Positions 51,501-60,998 of a stretch of 64,000 nt of DNA are shown piece by piece. The stretch comes from Candidatus Latescibacterota bacterium (GTDB lineage Bacteria; Latescibacterota; UBA2968; UBA8231), in contig OZ242214.1 in the NCBI GenBank assembly GCA_965206595.1, positions 6,880,001 through 6,944,000 on the forward strand. Reading direction: 5' to 3'. The notes below the pieces were generated by a model. The model made no database searches and was not told where the DNA came from. It saw nothing but the letters and a program-made list of their open reading frames with translations. The stretch's first letter is position 1. Every line of letters starts with the position of its first letter. The position numbers were made by a program, and so were the translations under genes.

Positions 51501-51917
51501 GGGCTCCTCGGCGTCGGCGGGGAGCTCGGCTTTGGCCAGATCGACCTTCTCGCGCACCTGCCGCAGGGCCTCGGGCAGATCGACCTCGGTGCTGAACTCG
51601 GCCACCACGCTGGAGTAGCCCTCGACGGAGGTCGAGGTCAGCTCCTTCAGGTCGGGGATGGTCTTCAGGTCCTGCTCCATCACCCGCGTCACCAGCGATT
51701 CCATGTCCTTCGGCGACACCCCCGGGTAGAAGGTGTTGACGGCGATCACCGGGATCTCGATCTCGGGGAAGGCCTCCTTGGGGACGCCGCGGTAGGCCAG
51801 AGTGCCGGCCAGGGCGATGATGGCGAACAGCATGAGCACGCTGGTGCCGTGACTCACCGCCCACGAGGTGACGGGCAGTTCGTTGAAGGCGTCGCCGCCG
51901 CCGGGACGATCGGTCAT
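48516..51917 (-). CDS. RND efflux permease (AcrB/AcrD/AcrF family)
   Basis: 'EAFPEIEIP', 'LGMLVDNAIVIVEN', 'GIVVNNAIVL', 'RLRPVILT'; ATG at 51917. Confidence 0.95.
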   Translation of the reverse strand: MTDRPGGGDAFNELPVTSWAVSHGTSVLMLFAIIALAGTLAYRGVPKEAFPEIEIPVIAVNTFYPGVSPKDMESLVTRVMEQDLKTIPDLKELTSTSVEGYSSVVAEFSTEVDLPEALRQVREKVDLAKAELPADAEEPRIFEFDFQELPILQVNLSGEYGLVRLKQVGEELQDRLEQIPSVLRVDLRGGREREVQVDVSLPRLLYYGLTLKDVVETVRDENVNIPGGSIDVGERKFLVRVDGEIDDPVSIGDLVVDAPGGRPVYVRDVAEVDFGFAERQSYARLDGRPVVTLDVIKRTGKNIIETADAVHAEIARMEADFPPATVVKTTSDMSRDIRMMVNSLENNILSGLLLIVGVLLFFLGVRTSSFVGVAIPTSMLLSFLLLGLLGVTMNMVVLFSLILSLGMLVDNAIVIVENTYRYVEEGWERAAAARKATGEVALPVIASTLTTLAAFGPLLFWSGTVGEFMKYLPTTLIVTLSSSLFVALVIVPVLCSRWLRLEGERRPRLPRSGRLVLIALALLGAAGLAAVNALTLVLLAATALAATLSHRWILGPLARRFQSTGLPWLVDRYEGVLGWALGHRLTVVAASFSVLAAMAIAFSLFNSGIVFFPEDIPPRQVWVDVEAPVGTRVEFLDSIAGELELQVRGVEGYEDAESAVTTVGAGGNPLMGGTQGANDARLMVNFIDFQERRFDSFLTLAHMQERVGREIAGAEISVDKPVDGPPSGAPVNIEIAGKDPAVLKDLSDRMLQILRNAPVGERLSGLESDLDEARPELAVHVDRERAALFGLSTADVAGVVRTAVQGTEASQYRTGNDEYDIVVRLAEPWRKDLESLRDLVVQNGPGEPIPLVSVARWTVGEGLGSIRRKDMDRMATISSDVRAGLNKNAVLAEVQQSLEPFVENELPPGYTVRYTGQQEDQAEAMQFLTTAFLAALGLIAFILVTQFNSVIKPLIILTSVIMSTAGVLFGLMVFRMPFGIIMTGVGVISLAGIVVNNAIVLVHYIDLLRRRDGLERQAALIRAGRTRLRPVILTAVTTALGLVPLAIGLNFDFFGLYGSLDPDLYWGGEQAAWWGPMAIAVIVGILFATFLTLVLVPVMYSLTDDMGRFFGRHFSAAGGGAETAGGGVPVPGG

Positions 51918-51928
51918 TCCCGGTCCGC

Positions 51929-53041
51929 TCACAGGCCGCGGCGGGGTACGATGCGCAGGCGGTCGCCGTCCGCCACCTGCTCCTGGCCGACGACGATCAG
52001 GCGCTCCGCGGGCGACAGGCCGGAGGTGGCCACCACCTCGTCGCCGCCGGAGGCGCCGAGGGTGACGGGCCGCGCCCGGGCGACGGGGCCGTCCACCCCG
52101 TCGGCGGCGACGAAGGCGGTGAAGCCCTCCTCGGTGCGCACCAGGGCCTGGTTCGGCACCACGATGGCCCCCGGGTGGACTTCGAGCTCGAGCGTCACTT
52201 CGGCGACCATGGCCGGTTTGGCCCCGGCCACCGGACGCTCGAGGTCGAGCTCGACGGGGAAGGTGCGCTGGCGGCCGTCGACCGCGGCCCCCACATAGGT
52301 CACGGTGGCCTTGCAGGTGTCTTCGAGGGCGGCGAAGGCGACGGTTGCCCGGTCGCCGGGGGCAACCTTCGCCGCGTAGCGCTCGGGAACGCCGGCGGTC
52401 ACCTTCAGCGGCTCCAGGTCGAGGATGCGGGCCACCGTCTGGCCCGGTGAGACGACCGAGCCGACCTCCACGGGGCGGCGGTCGAGCAGGCCGTCGAAAG
52501 GGGCGCGCACGACGGTGCGGCGCAGCCGCGCTTCGATCAGGCCGAGCCGGGCGCGGGACTGGTCGGCTGTGTACCGGGCTTCGACGTACTCCTCTTCGGT
52601 GCCGATGCCGTCCACTTCGTAGAGCCGCTTCCTGCGCCCCCACAGGTCCTCGTCCAGCGCCGCCTGGGCCTCGGCCTCGTCGCGCTGGGCCCTCAGCAGC
52701 TCGTCGTCCAACCGCACCAGGGCCTGTCCGCGGCGCACCTTCTCCCCCTTGTCGGCCAGCACCGCCGCCACCGTGCCGCCCTCCTCGGCGGCCACCATCA
52801 CCTCGCGGTCGGCGCGCACCGTGCCGGTCAGGCGGATCGCGTCGGTGAAGGGCCGCGGGGCCAGGGTCTCGACTTCGACGTTGACGACGCGGCGGTTGGC
52901 GTTCGCGGTCGCCTCCAAGGCAGCGGACTCGTCGGCGGCCCCGGGCGCTTCTCCGCAGCCGCCGAGGGCGAGCAGGGCCGCGCTGGCGGCCGGCAGCAGG
53001 GCGCCAAGGACGCGGCGCCCCGATGGCAGTTGATTCCTCAC
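51929..53041 (-). CDS. RND periplasmic adaptor (membrane fusion protein)
   Basis: Lipoprotein signal 'LGGC', 'GEKVRRGQALVRLD', 'VRAPFDG'. Confidence 0.93.
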   Translation of the reverse strand: MRNQLPSGRRVLGALLPAASAALLALGGCGEAPGAADESAALEATANANRRVVNVEVETLAPRPFTDAIRLTGTVRADREVMVAAEEGGTVAAVLADKGEKVRRGQALVRLDDELLRAQRDEAEAQAALDEDLWGRRKRLYEVDGIGTEEEYVEARYTADQSRARLGLIEARLRRTVVRAPFDGLLDRRPVEVGSVVSPGQTVARILDLEPLKVTAGVPERYAAKVAPGDRATVAFAALEDTCKATVTYVGAAVDGRQRTFPVELDLERPVAGAKPAMVAEVTLELEVHPGAIVVPNQALVRTEEGFTAFVAADGVDGPVARARPVTLGASGGDEVVATSGLSPAERLIVVGQEQVADGDRLRIVPRRGL

Positions 53042-54524
53042 TCCGTCTCCTTCCGATCGGTTGCGGCCTCGCCGTCCACCGGGGGCACCCGCCCGATGGC
53101 AAGGTCGAGCCGGGCCCGGCCGGCGAGCCGGTCGTGGGCGGCCCGGGCCATGTTGAACTCGCTCTGGCGCAGGGCGACCTCGGCGTCGGTCACCTCGAGC
53201 TGGCTGCCGAGACCCTCGCGGTAGCGGGCGCTGGCGATCTCGAACCCCCGCTGAGCCTGCGATACAGCGAGACGCTGGCCCTTCTCGCGCTGGGCGGCTT
53301 CGGCAAGCGCCGCCTCCAGGTCCTGGACCTGGACCGCGGCCTCGTCCCGGGCCATCTGCGCCCGGACCTGCGCCTGGCGCAGGGCGGCCTGCTTTTGATC
53401 GACGCGCGCGTCCCGCTGCAAGCCGGCAAACAGGGGCAGCTCCACGGACAGGCCGGCGATCTTGCTAATGGCGCGATTGTCGGCGCTGCCGAAGAAATCG
53501 AGCCTTCCGTTCTGCTGCGCCTGCACGTCCCACGTGGCGAACAGGGAGACCGTGGGCAGGTACTCCACCTGCTCGAGCCGCACCTGTTCCCGGCTCAGCT
53601 CGGCGGTCTGTTCGAACTGGCGCACGTCGGAGCGGTGAGCCAGCGCCGTCTGCACGAGATCCCCTGCCGGAAGCCCCGGGCCGGACTCCGCGGCGGTGAG
53701 GGTCGCGCTTTCGGACAACCGCAGCCGGCCGGGGTCGTCGAGGGCCAGCTCCAGGCCCAGCCGTCGTCGCGCCGAGGCCTTGGCGTTGCGGGTGAGCAGC
53801 AGCTGCGGCTCGAGGTTGGCCAGCTCGACCTCAAGGCGCAGCACGTCGTAATCGGAGGCAAGACCCGCCCGGGCGCGGCCGCGCGTCTCCTCGAGGGCCT
53901 GCCGCAGGCGCTCCAGGGACCGCTCGATGAGGCGCACCTCCTCGCCGCGCAGCAGCAGCTCGTAGCAGAGGAGGCGCACCCGCGTCGCCACCTGCTGGGA
54001 GCGGCCGCGGACCATCTCCTGCCGCAGCCGCCGGAAGTTGCCGGCGGCGCCGAGGCCGACGAGGCCTCTCGGGTCGAACAGGGCTGCCGCAGGGTGAGGG
54101 CGCTCTGCCAGCTGTTGTCGGCGCCGAACTCCAGGGACAGGAACTCCCCCGGCCGGGCCGCGGGATTGAAGATCCTCGCCGGCATGAAGAAGACGGGCGG
54201 CGAGATGTTGCGGACGTAGCTGGCGGAGAAGTCGAGGCGCGGAAAGATCTCCCCCCGGGCCTCGGAAACCTGCTCCTCGGCCTCGGTCAGGAGCAGCCGC
54301 GCCTCGGCCAGCTCGAGGCTGCGGTCCAGGGCGAGGTCCACCACCTCGTCGATGCTCAGGAGCAGCTCAGTGCCGGGCAGTGCGGTTTCCGCGGCCGCGG
54401 TCGCCCCGCCCCAGGCCAGCAGGATCCAGGCCAGCCCCGTCGCCGCACCAGTGCGCAGGCGACCCCTGCCACCGGATGCGGCGGCCGCCTCTGCCCTGGA
54501 GAGATCCTCGATGGCGCGGTCCAT
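53038..54524 (-). CDS. TolC-family outer membrane factor, 1-nt frameshift near 54082; in frame with upstream TetR with no stop
   Basis: 'LSIDEVVDLALDRS', 'FPRLDFSASY'; one extra C restores 'QPLFDPRG', joining ORF 53038..54015 ('RYREGLGSQLEVTDAE'). Confidence 0.85.
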
Positions 54525-55112
54525 CTCCGTCTCGTAGGCAGGGGTGGCCATGCCGGTGATCGCCCGCCGGCTCGAGGCTCCGTAGTGGCGGCGGAACTCC
54601 TCGGGGTCCATGTGCAGGCAGCCGCGCAGGTAGATGGAGATCAGGCCGTGGGCGTGGGCCCACAGGGTGACGGACACGTCGTCGGGATCGAGGGGCTGGA
54701 AGAGGCCGGCGTCGATGCACTCGCGCACGCGGTCGTTGAAGAAGCGCCCGACGCTGGCGACCTGCTCCGTCACCTGCTCGGGGAACTCCTCCGCCCCGAG
54801 GGTGTGGGCGGGCGTGTAGAGCATCTCGTAGTACTTCGGCTGATCGAGGGCGAAGTCGAGGTAGGCCTGCCCCGCCAGGTACAGCCGCTCGGCGGGGGTA
54901 CGGCCGGAGAGGGCTCCGTAGAGCCGCTCGCTCAGCCGCCGGTAGGCTTCGGCGACGACATCGAGGAGCATCTCCTCGCGGCTGTTGTAGTGGCGGTAGA
55001 GGGCCGGCGCCGTAACCCCCAGATCGCGGGCAAGCCGGCGCATGGACACGGCTTCGGCGCCGCCCTCGAGGTAGAGCTCGCAGGCTCTCGTGAGAATATC
55101 GGTGCGGTCCAT
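54500..55112 (-). CDS. TetR/AcrR family regulator (WHG-like C-terminus), no stop before tolC
   Basis: HTH 'VSMRRLARDLGVTAPALYRHY', 'LWAHAHGL'. Confidence 0.9.
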
Positions 55113-55114
55113 GA

Positions 55115-55149
55115 GTTAACGATGTTAACCGATGTTCCCGGTTTGTCAA
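55115..55149 (-). promoter_or_regulatory. Sigma-70 promoter TTGACA-N16-TAACAT overlapped by palindrome GTTAAC-gat-GTTAAC (candidate TetR operator)
   Basis: -35 at 55144-55149, -10 at 55122-55127 on the minus strand; palindrome 55115-55129; ATG 9 nt after -10 with no RBS. Confidence 0.7.
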
Positions 55150-55267
55150 CAGGGACGGGGGAACATCCGGTGAACCCTGTTAGGGGGACGGCCGGAAGGG
55201 GGGCTCCGCTTCAGGAGCAATCGGCGGTGGGAAACTGAACTCCAGGTTGCGGGGCGGGCGCTCTGAA

Positions 55268-55585
55268 CTACGGGGGCTGAATTGAACTATGCCCGAATTG
55301 CCTGGCTCCGTGCGGTTTGGAGCCTCGTGCTCGTCTAGTCGCGGGCGCCGCCTCCGGACCGTGTTCCAACGCACGATAGGCGCGATACCAGGCCGACTGC
55401 CTCCGGGTGGCCCGGGTTGGGCCAACCAGCTTGTCCGCGCAACAGCGGGCGAGGGGGTGAAATAGAACGTAATAGGCAGTGCTGACGGCGCGACGCAGTT
55501 CGGCTTGCTTTGGTCGCCCTCGTCGCCCAGCCACCTTGCCGGCGGCCAAACTCCGGGCGATCCCAATCAAGTCGTCAGGCTTCAC
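55268..55585 (-). pseudogene. HEPN-like protein, probably C-terminally truncated
   Basis: 'LRRAVSTAYYVLFH', 'YRALEHG'; no Rx4-6H catalytic segment follows. Confidence 0.6.
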
Positions 55586-55892
55586 GATACTTGCCGGCGA
55601 ACAGTTCTTCCCATTCGGATTTTTCCACGTACGAGATTCCGGGGACGCCGGGTACTCCCATCTCTGCCACCTCCTGCCAGACGCGAGCGGATAGGCCAAG
55701 AGTCCAACCGGGATCCAGGTTTTTCTGGTCGCCGTCGAATACGACGTAAATCTTCAGGTATTCGTCACCGTCGTGGTCGATTTCGGGTTCAACGATGATC
55801 GGATCGAACACGAACTCGTCCTGAAATCGCTCGGTCAGCAAGTTCTTGACGATGCCGGCAACTTTATCGGGAATGTCGGGGTTGATTGTCAT
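55575..55892 (-). CDS. Small nucleotidyltransferase-like (MNT-like) partner of the HEPN gene
   Basis: 105 aa, acidic 'DHDGDEYL.IYVVFD'; overlaps the HEPN-like start; GAGGAG RBS. Confidence 0.5.
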   Translation of the reverse strand: MTINPDIPDKVAGIVKNLLTERFQDEFVFDPIIVEPEIDHDGDEYLKIYVVFDGDQKNLDPGWTLGLSARVWQEVAEMGVPGVPGISYVEKSEWEELFAGKYREA

Positions 55893-56169
55893 CGTACCGT
55901 CTCCTCACTCGCCCATTAGGGCAACCACAGGTTGGTCAGGCTCGGGGGCATGGGATTGACGGGTCGGGCCAAGCCCGTGGCCCAAATACCCTGTTGATGC
56001 AACTAACTATTCGGAGAATACTCCCGCAAGTGGCGCGACAGCTGTTTGAATGGGCGTTCATCTCCAGGTAATTACCTCGCCCGGCATGGCTTCGTTCACT
56101 GCCCGAGGCGATCAGACGGTCCGCCAGCCCGGTAAACCAGCCCCGCGCAACAATCAGGCGGGCTCCAAC

Positions 56170-56526
56170 TCAGGAATAGCCGCCGGCCATGATCCGGTCG
56201 AGATAGGCGTGCACCTGATCGGCCCTGCCTTCGCGCAGCAGCTGATCCGGGGTGGCGCCCCCAAAGCCGGGCAGCGGCTCGGAGCGGAACCAGGCGTAGG
56301 CGGCCAGCGGCGATCCGGCCGCGGTTTCAATGCGGTTCAGGATCTCCAGCATCTGGCGCAGACGGATCTGCGTTTTGCGGGCCCGGACCCGTGATGTGCG
56401 CGTCAATGCATCCTTTCCGAGCCCCAAGGTGCCGGCGATCTCCAACTTGGTGGTTCGCAGGGCTTCGGCGACGAGGGTCGGGGAAAACACCTGATCCTCG
56501 ACGAATTCATGGAATCGCATAGTCAT
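56170..56526 (-). CDS. Xre/MbcA/ParS antitoxin (DUF2384); RES toxin absent
   Basis: 'AYAWFRSEPLPGFGGATPDQLL.EGR...V..YLDRI..GGY'. Confidence 0.85.
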   Translation of the reverse strand: MTMRFHEFVEDQVFSPTLVAEALRTTKLEIAGTLGLGKDALTRTSRVRARKTQIRLRQMLEILNRIETAAGSPLAAYAWFRSEPLPGFGGATPDQLLREGRADQVHAYLDRIMAGGYS

Positions 56527-56695
56527 ACCTCATCTATGGCGTAATACGGGGGATGAGTATGTCATACTGGAACGACAATTGACGCCTGCAGTGTTCTATG
56601 AGATATTTTCACATTATAGGTAAAAAAAGCGACAAAATGCCGTAACTGTACCCTGTTTACCACGACCAAACCACTTATTTACGTGAGCCGATGAT

Positions 56696-58021
56696 ATGAT
56701 AGTCAGTTTCTCGATTGAAAACTGGATGTCCTTTCGCAACCGGGTCACTTTGTCGATGGTGGCGAGCCGCGAGCGCCAGCATGGAGAGCGTGTGGCCCGG
56801 CTTGGGAAGTACCAGATGAGGCTCCTGCCGGCCGCCGTGGTGTATGGGGGAAACGCCTCGGGCAAGACCAATCTTTTCAAGGCGTTGGCCTTTGCCAGGA
56901 CCCAGGTTGTCAGGGGCACTCCCCCGGACACCCGGATCCCGGTCCGCCCCTTTTTATTGGATAAAGGGTTTACGAAGAAGCCATCCCGCTTTGAGTTCGA
57001 ACTTCTGATCGACGAGGTCATCTATGCTTTCAGCTTTGCGATGACCCGGGAAAAGGTGCTTGAAGAACGCCTGGTGCGGATTTCCAGCACCGGCGAACGG
57101 ACGCTATATGACCGGCGAAACGGGCAGATAACATTCGATAAATCCCTGGAAGAAGACCCCCATTTGGGATTCGCCTTTCAGGGAACTCGCGACAATCAGC
57201 TCTTCCTGACCAACTCCGTTTCGCAGAAGCTCAAGCAGTTCAGACCCATCCACGACTGGTTCAAAAACACGCTTCAGATGGTGGCCCCTGACGCACGATT
57301 CGGGGGTGGAGTGCTGTTTTTCGATGAAGATCATCCTCTCACCATGACCTTGAACGAGATGTTGGGTAATCTCGACACAGGCATTTCCCATCTTGGCAGC
57401 GAGCAGGTCCCGTCGGAGAACATTCAGGTCCCCGAGGCGCTGGAAGGCGAAATCCAGGAACAGTTAGGTGAGGGGCGCGCCGTACTTGCGGAAGACGAAG
57501 CCAATAACCAGTTCCTGATGACTCGCAAGGACGGTGAATTGGTAGTCAAGAAACGGGTCACCGTACATCGCATGACTGATGGTACGGAAGCGCGTTTCGA
57601 AGTATCCGAGGAGTCGGATGGTTCACAGCGTCTCATCGATCTCCTTCCCGCGTTTCTCGATCTCTCTTCCGACAATTCCAAGCGTGTCTACGTCATCGAC
57701 GAAGTTGACCGCAGCTTGCATACCCTGCTGACCCGGCGACTGCTCGAGGACTACCTGACCACCCGTAGCGGAGACACCAGAACGCAACTGCTCCTGACGA
57801 CGCATGACGTGCTGCTGATGGATCAACGATGGTTGCGCCGCGACGAAATGTGGGTCACGGAACGGGACGCGTCCGGTGCGTCGAGCCTGTTCTCGTTCAG
57901 CGAATACGGGGATGTCCGCTACGACAAGGATATTCGCAAGAGCTATCTGCAGGGACGATTGGGTGGTGTCCCTCGGATCGTATCGTCGGGATCAGGGTAT
58001 AGTGGCCCAAAAAAGGCGTAG
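56696..58021 (+). CDS. AAA_21 ATPase (RloA/AbiLi-like)
   Basis: 'FSIENWMSF', '[10 protein letters not shown]', 'ESDGSQR', 'IDEVDRSLH', 'TTHD', '[10 protein letters not shown]'. Confidence 0.9.
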   Translation: MIVSFSIENWMSFRNRVTLSMVASRERQHGERVARLGKYQMRLLPAAVVYGGNASGKTNLFKALAFARTQVVRGTPPDTRIPVRPFLLDKGFTKKPSRFEFELLIDEVIYAFSFAMTREKVLEERLVRISSTGERTLYDRRNGQITFDKSLEEDPHLGFAFQGTRDNQLFLTNSVSQKLKQFRPIHDWFKNTLQMVAPDARFGGGVLFFDEDHPLTMTLNEMLGNLDTGISHLGSEQVPSENIQVPEALEGEIQEQLGEGRAVLAEDEANNQFLMTRKDGELVVKKRVTVHRMTDGTEARFEVSEESDGSQRLIDLLPAFLDLSSDNSKRVYVIDEVDRSLHTLLTRRLLEDYLTTRSGDTRTQLLLTTHDVLLMDQRWLRRDEMWVTERDASGASSLFSFSEYGDVRYDKDIRKSYLQGRLGGVPRIVSSGSGYSGPKKA

Positions 58022-58595
58022 CTTTCGAAGACCCTACGGGCAGCGGCGGTATCGGAGGCTATTCGTAATCGCCGCGGAAGGAGAGAAGACAGAGCCCCGC
58101 TACTTCGCACTCTTCAACGATGCTTCGGTTATACATGTGCACTGCCTGAGATGGCGCGGAGACAATTCACCCGACCAGGTGTTGAGGCGCATGGAGCAAT
58201 ACCTCGAAGATGAGGAGATCAAAAAATCCGATGAAGCGTGGCTTGTGGTCGACAGGGATCAGTGGAGTGAACAACAGTTGGCTCGCCTCCACCGGTGGTC
58301 GCAAGGAGCCGACAACTACGGATTCGCCCTGAGCAATCCAAAGTTCGAGTATTGGCTTCTCCTTCATTTCGAAGATGGGAGAGGTGTTCGCACGTCAAGA
58401 GAGTGTTCCCACCGGCTCAGACGTCATCTTCCGGGCTACGACAAGGACGTTCATGGCCGAAAGTTTACAAAAGCGAATATTGAGCTTGCCGTACGCCGAG
58501 CACAGGAACGGGACAATCCACCATGTGTCGATTGGCCGCGTGAGCCGGGACGGACAACCGTTTACCGGCTTGTCAGGAAACTACTCGCGCAGTGA
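58002..58595 (+). CDS. rloB: RloB family (TOPRIM-like, AbiLii-like) protein
   Basis: '[11 protein letters not shown]', 'WLVVDRD', '[13 protein letters not shown]'. Confidence 0.9.
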   Translation: MAQKRRSFRRPYGQRRYRRLFVIAAEGEKTEPRYFALFNDASVIHVHCLRWRGDNSPDQVLRRMEQYLEDEEIKKSDEAWLVVDRDQWSEQQLARLHRWSQGADNYGFALSNPKFEYWLLLHFEDGRGVRTSRECSHRLRRHLPGYDKDVHGRKFTKANIELAVRRAQERDNPPCVDWPREPGRTTVYRLVRKLLAQ

Positions 58596-58705
58596 GTGGA
58601 GTTACCCTTACTGCCTTGAGAGATGGCGGCTCCGGTCCCGTCGCCGAGGCCGAGGAGCGACGCCGCGCGAAAGCCGGGGGACTGCGTGACGGTCGGAGCA
58701 GGAAC

Positions 58706-59710
58706 GTGAAGACGGTTGCATTCTTCAACAACAAGGGAGGAGTAGGCAAGACCTCTCTCGTCTACCATCTGGCGTGGATGCTCGCCGAGCAGGGCCGCAG
58801 GGTCATTGCGGCCGACCTGGATCCTCAGGCCAATCTGAGCGGAATGTTCCTGACAGAAGAGACGTTGGAGGAGATGTCGAACGATCCGGCCAGGAAGACG
58901 ATCAACGACGACATCGCGCCGCTCTTCGACGGGACCGGAGACATCGCCTCGGCTCCCCACGTCGAAGAGATCAGCGAAAGAATCGGGCTGCTCACCGGCG
59001 ATCTCAGCCTGTCCAGACAGGAGGACGATCTTTCGAGTCAATGGCCCCTCTGCCTGGACGGAAATCCACGAGCCTTCCGCGTAACCACGGCGTTCGCCCG
59101 GCTCATTTGCCGCGCCGGAACAGGGTTCGACGCCGACCTCGCCCTTGTGGACGTGGGACCCAATCTGGGCGCCCTGAACCGGGCCTCTCTGGTGGCGTGC
59201 GACCACGTGATCGTTCCACTTGCGCCCGATCTGTTCTCCCTGCAGGGACTGCGCAACGTCGGGCCGACCCTGAGGATATGGCGGGAAGCCTGGTCCGAGC
59301 GGCGTGCAAAGAAGCCGGAAGACCTGGAGCTGGATCTGCCGCCAGGAGCGCGATGCAGCCGGCCGGCTACGTCATCGTGCGGCACTCGGTCAGGAACTAC
59401 CGGCCGGTCAAGACCTTCGCGCGGATTGAAGAGATCCCAGTATCGGCAATCCGTCGTGCCGGCGGGTGACTGCAGCGCTGACACCGCCTCCGTCGACCCC
59501 CACCTCCTCGCCCACCTGAAAGACTACCGCTCCCTGATGCCACTGGCTCAGGAGGCGAGCAAACCCATGTTCATGCTGAAACCGGCCGACGGAGCCATCG
59601 GCGGACAGCAGGCGGCAGTCCAGGATTGCTACCGCGAGTTCAGGGACCTGGCACTGAAGATCGAAGACCGCATCGGTGTGGCCGAGGACAGCGGACAGCC
59701 GAAATCGTAG
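58706..59710 (+). CDS. ParA-family ATPase with compensating frameshifts at about 59350 and 59435
   Basis: 'FFNNKGGVGKTS', 'DLDPQANL', 'DVGPNLG'; segment 'MQPAGYVIVRH' lies in another frame. Confidence 0.8.
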   Translation: MKTVAFFNNKGGVGKTSLVYHLAWMLAEQGRRVIAADLDPQANLSGMFLTEETLEEMSNDPARKTINDDIAPLFDGTGDIASAPHVEEISERIGLLTGDLSLSRQEDDLSSQWPLCLDGNPRAFRVTTAFARLICRAGTGFDADLALVDVGPNLGALNRASLVACDHVIVPLAPDLFSLQGLRNVGPTLRIWREAWSERRAKKPEDLELDLPPGARCSRPATSSCGTRSGTTGRSRPSRGLKRSQYRQSVVPAGDCSADTASVDPHLLAHLKDYRSLMPLAQEASKPMFMLKPADGAIGGQQAAVQDCYREFRDLALKIEDRIGVAEDSGQPKS

Positions 59711-59827
59711 GGCACGGCTCGGCAGCCGGCGCACCATCCAAGGCTCGCCTCCCGGCCCCCGGAAGTTCCACACATAGTGAGAAGAGGAGATAGCACGTGG
59801 AGGCCAACAAACGAAAATATGCGGAGC

Positions 59828-60998
59828 TAGTGTTCTGTCGTGTAATTAACTGTACAAACAATTGAAGGTGCCGTAGGTTTCTCTTATCCCCTTTCTGAAA
59901 GGAGAGACCTATGGTGACGGGGCGTCCATTACCGCCGTTAGAGCTGAGTCCGTCGGACCGGGAACGATTGGAATCGATGGCCAAATCCCGGAGCCTTTCC
60001 CACGGGTTGGTGCGGCGAGCCGAGATTAGTCTGCTGGGCGCAGAAGGCTGGCCCAATGAAGCCGTCGCCGCCGCCGTGGGTGTGACGCGTGCTACGGTCG
60101 GCAAGTGGCGCCGGCGCTTTCTCGAAAACGGGCTCCAGGGCTTGCATGATGAGCTGCGCTCAGGGGCGCCACGATCGAGTACGGATGAACAGGTAGCCGA
60201 GGTGGTATACAAGACCCTGAAGACCAAGCCCAAAGACGAAACACAGTGGTCGGTGCGCTCCATGGGCGAAGAAACCGGCTTGACCAAGGACGCGGTTCAT
60301 CGCATTTGGCGCACGTATGGTTTGCAGCCCCATCGACACAAGCACTTCACGCTTTCCACCGATCCTTTCTTTGTCGACAAAGTACGGGATATCGTCGGCT
60401 TGTACCTGAATCCACCCGAGCACGCCCTGGTGCTGTGCGTCGACGAGAAGAGCCCGATCCAGGCGTTGGAACGAAGTCAGCCCATGCTGCCCCTGGGACT
60501 GGGATACGTGGAAGGGGTACCGCACGACTACAAGCGCCATGGCACCACCACCCTGTTCGCCGCACTGGACGTAGCCACCGGGGAAGTGATGACCCAGTGC
60601 AAGCCCCGTCATCGTCACCAGGAGTTCCTTCAGTTCCTGCGCCACATCGAGGCCCACGTCCCCGCTGACCTCGATATTCATCTCGTCGTCGACAACTACG
60701 CCACGCATAAGCAGGCCAAGGTCAAGCGATGGCTGGCACGGCGTCCCCGATTTCACGTTCACTACACCCCCACCTATGCTTCGTGGCTCAATCAGGTGGA
60801 GATCTGGTTCAATATCCTTACCCGCCAGGCGGTTCGGCGCGATTCGTTCCGCAAGGTGTCGGAGCTCATCGAGCGCATCGAACGCTACACGGCAAATGGA
60901 ACGCCAACGCACACCCTTTCGTGTGGACGGCTACGGCCGATTCCATCCTCGCGAAAATCAAGAGACTTTGCGAACGAATCTCTGCGACACAACATTGA
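59828..60998 (+). mobile_element. IS630-family element; transposase 59911..60998 with frameshift near 60893
   Basis: HTH plus DDE ('VDEK', 'DYKRHGT', 'VDNYATH', 'SWLNQVE'); left end TA-GTGTTCTGTCG, right end CGACACAACAT; '[12 protein letters not shown]' in the shifted frame. Confidence 0.9.
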
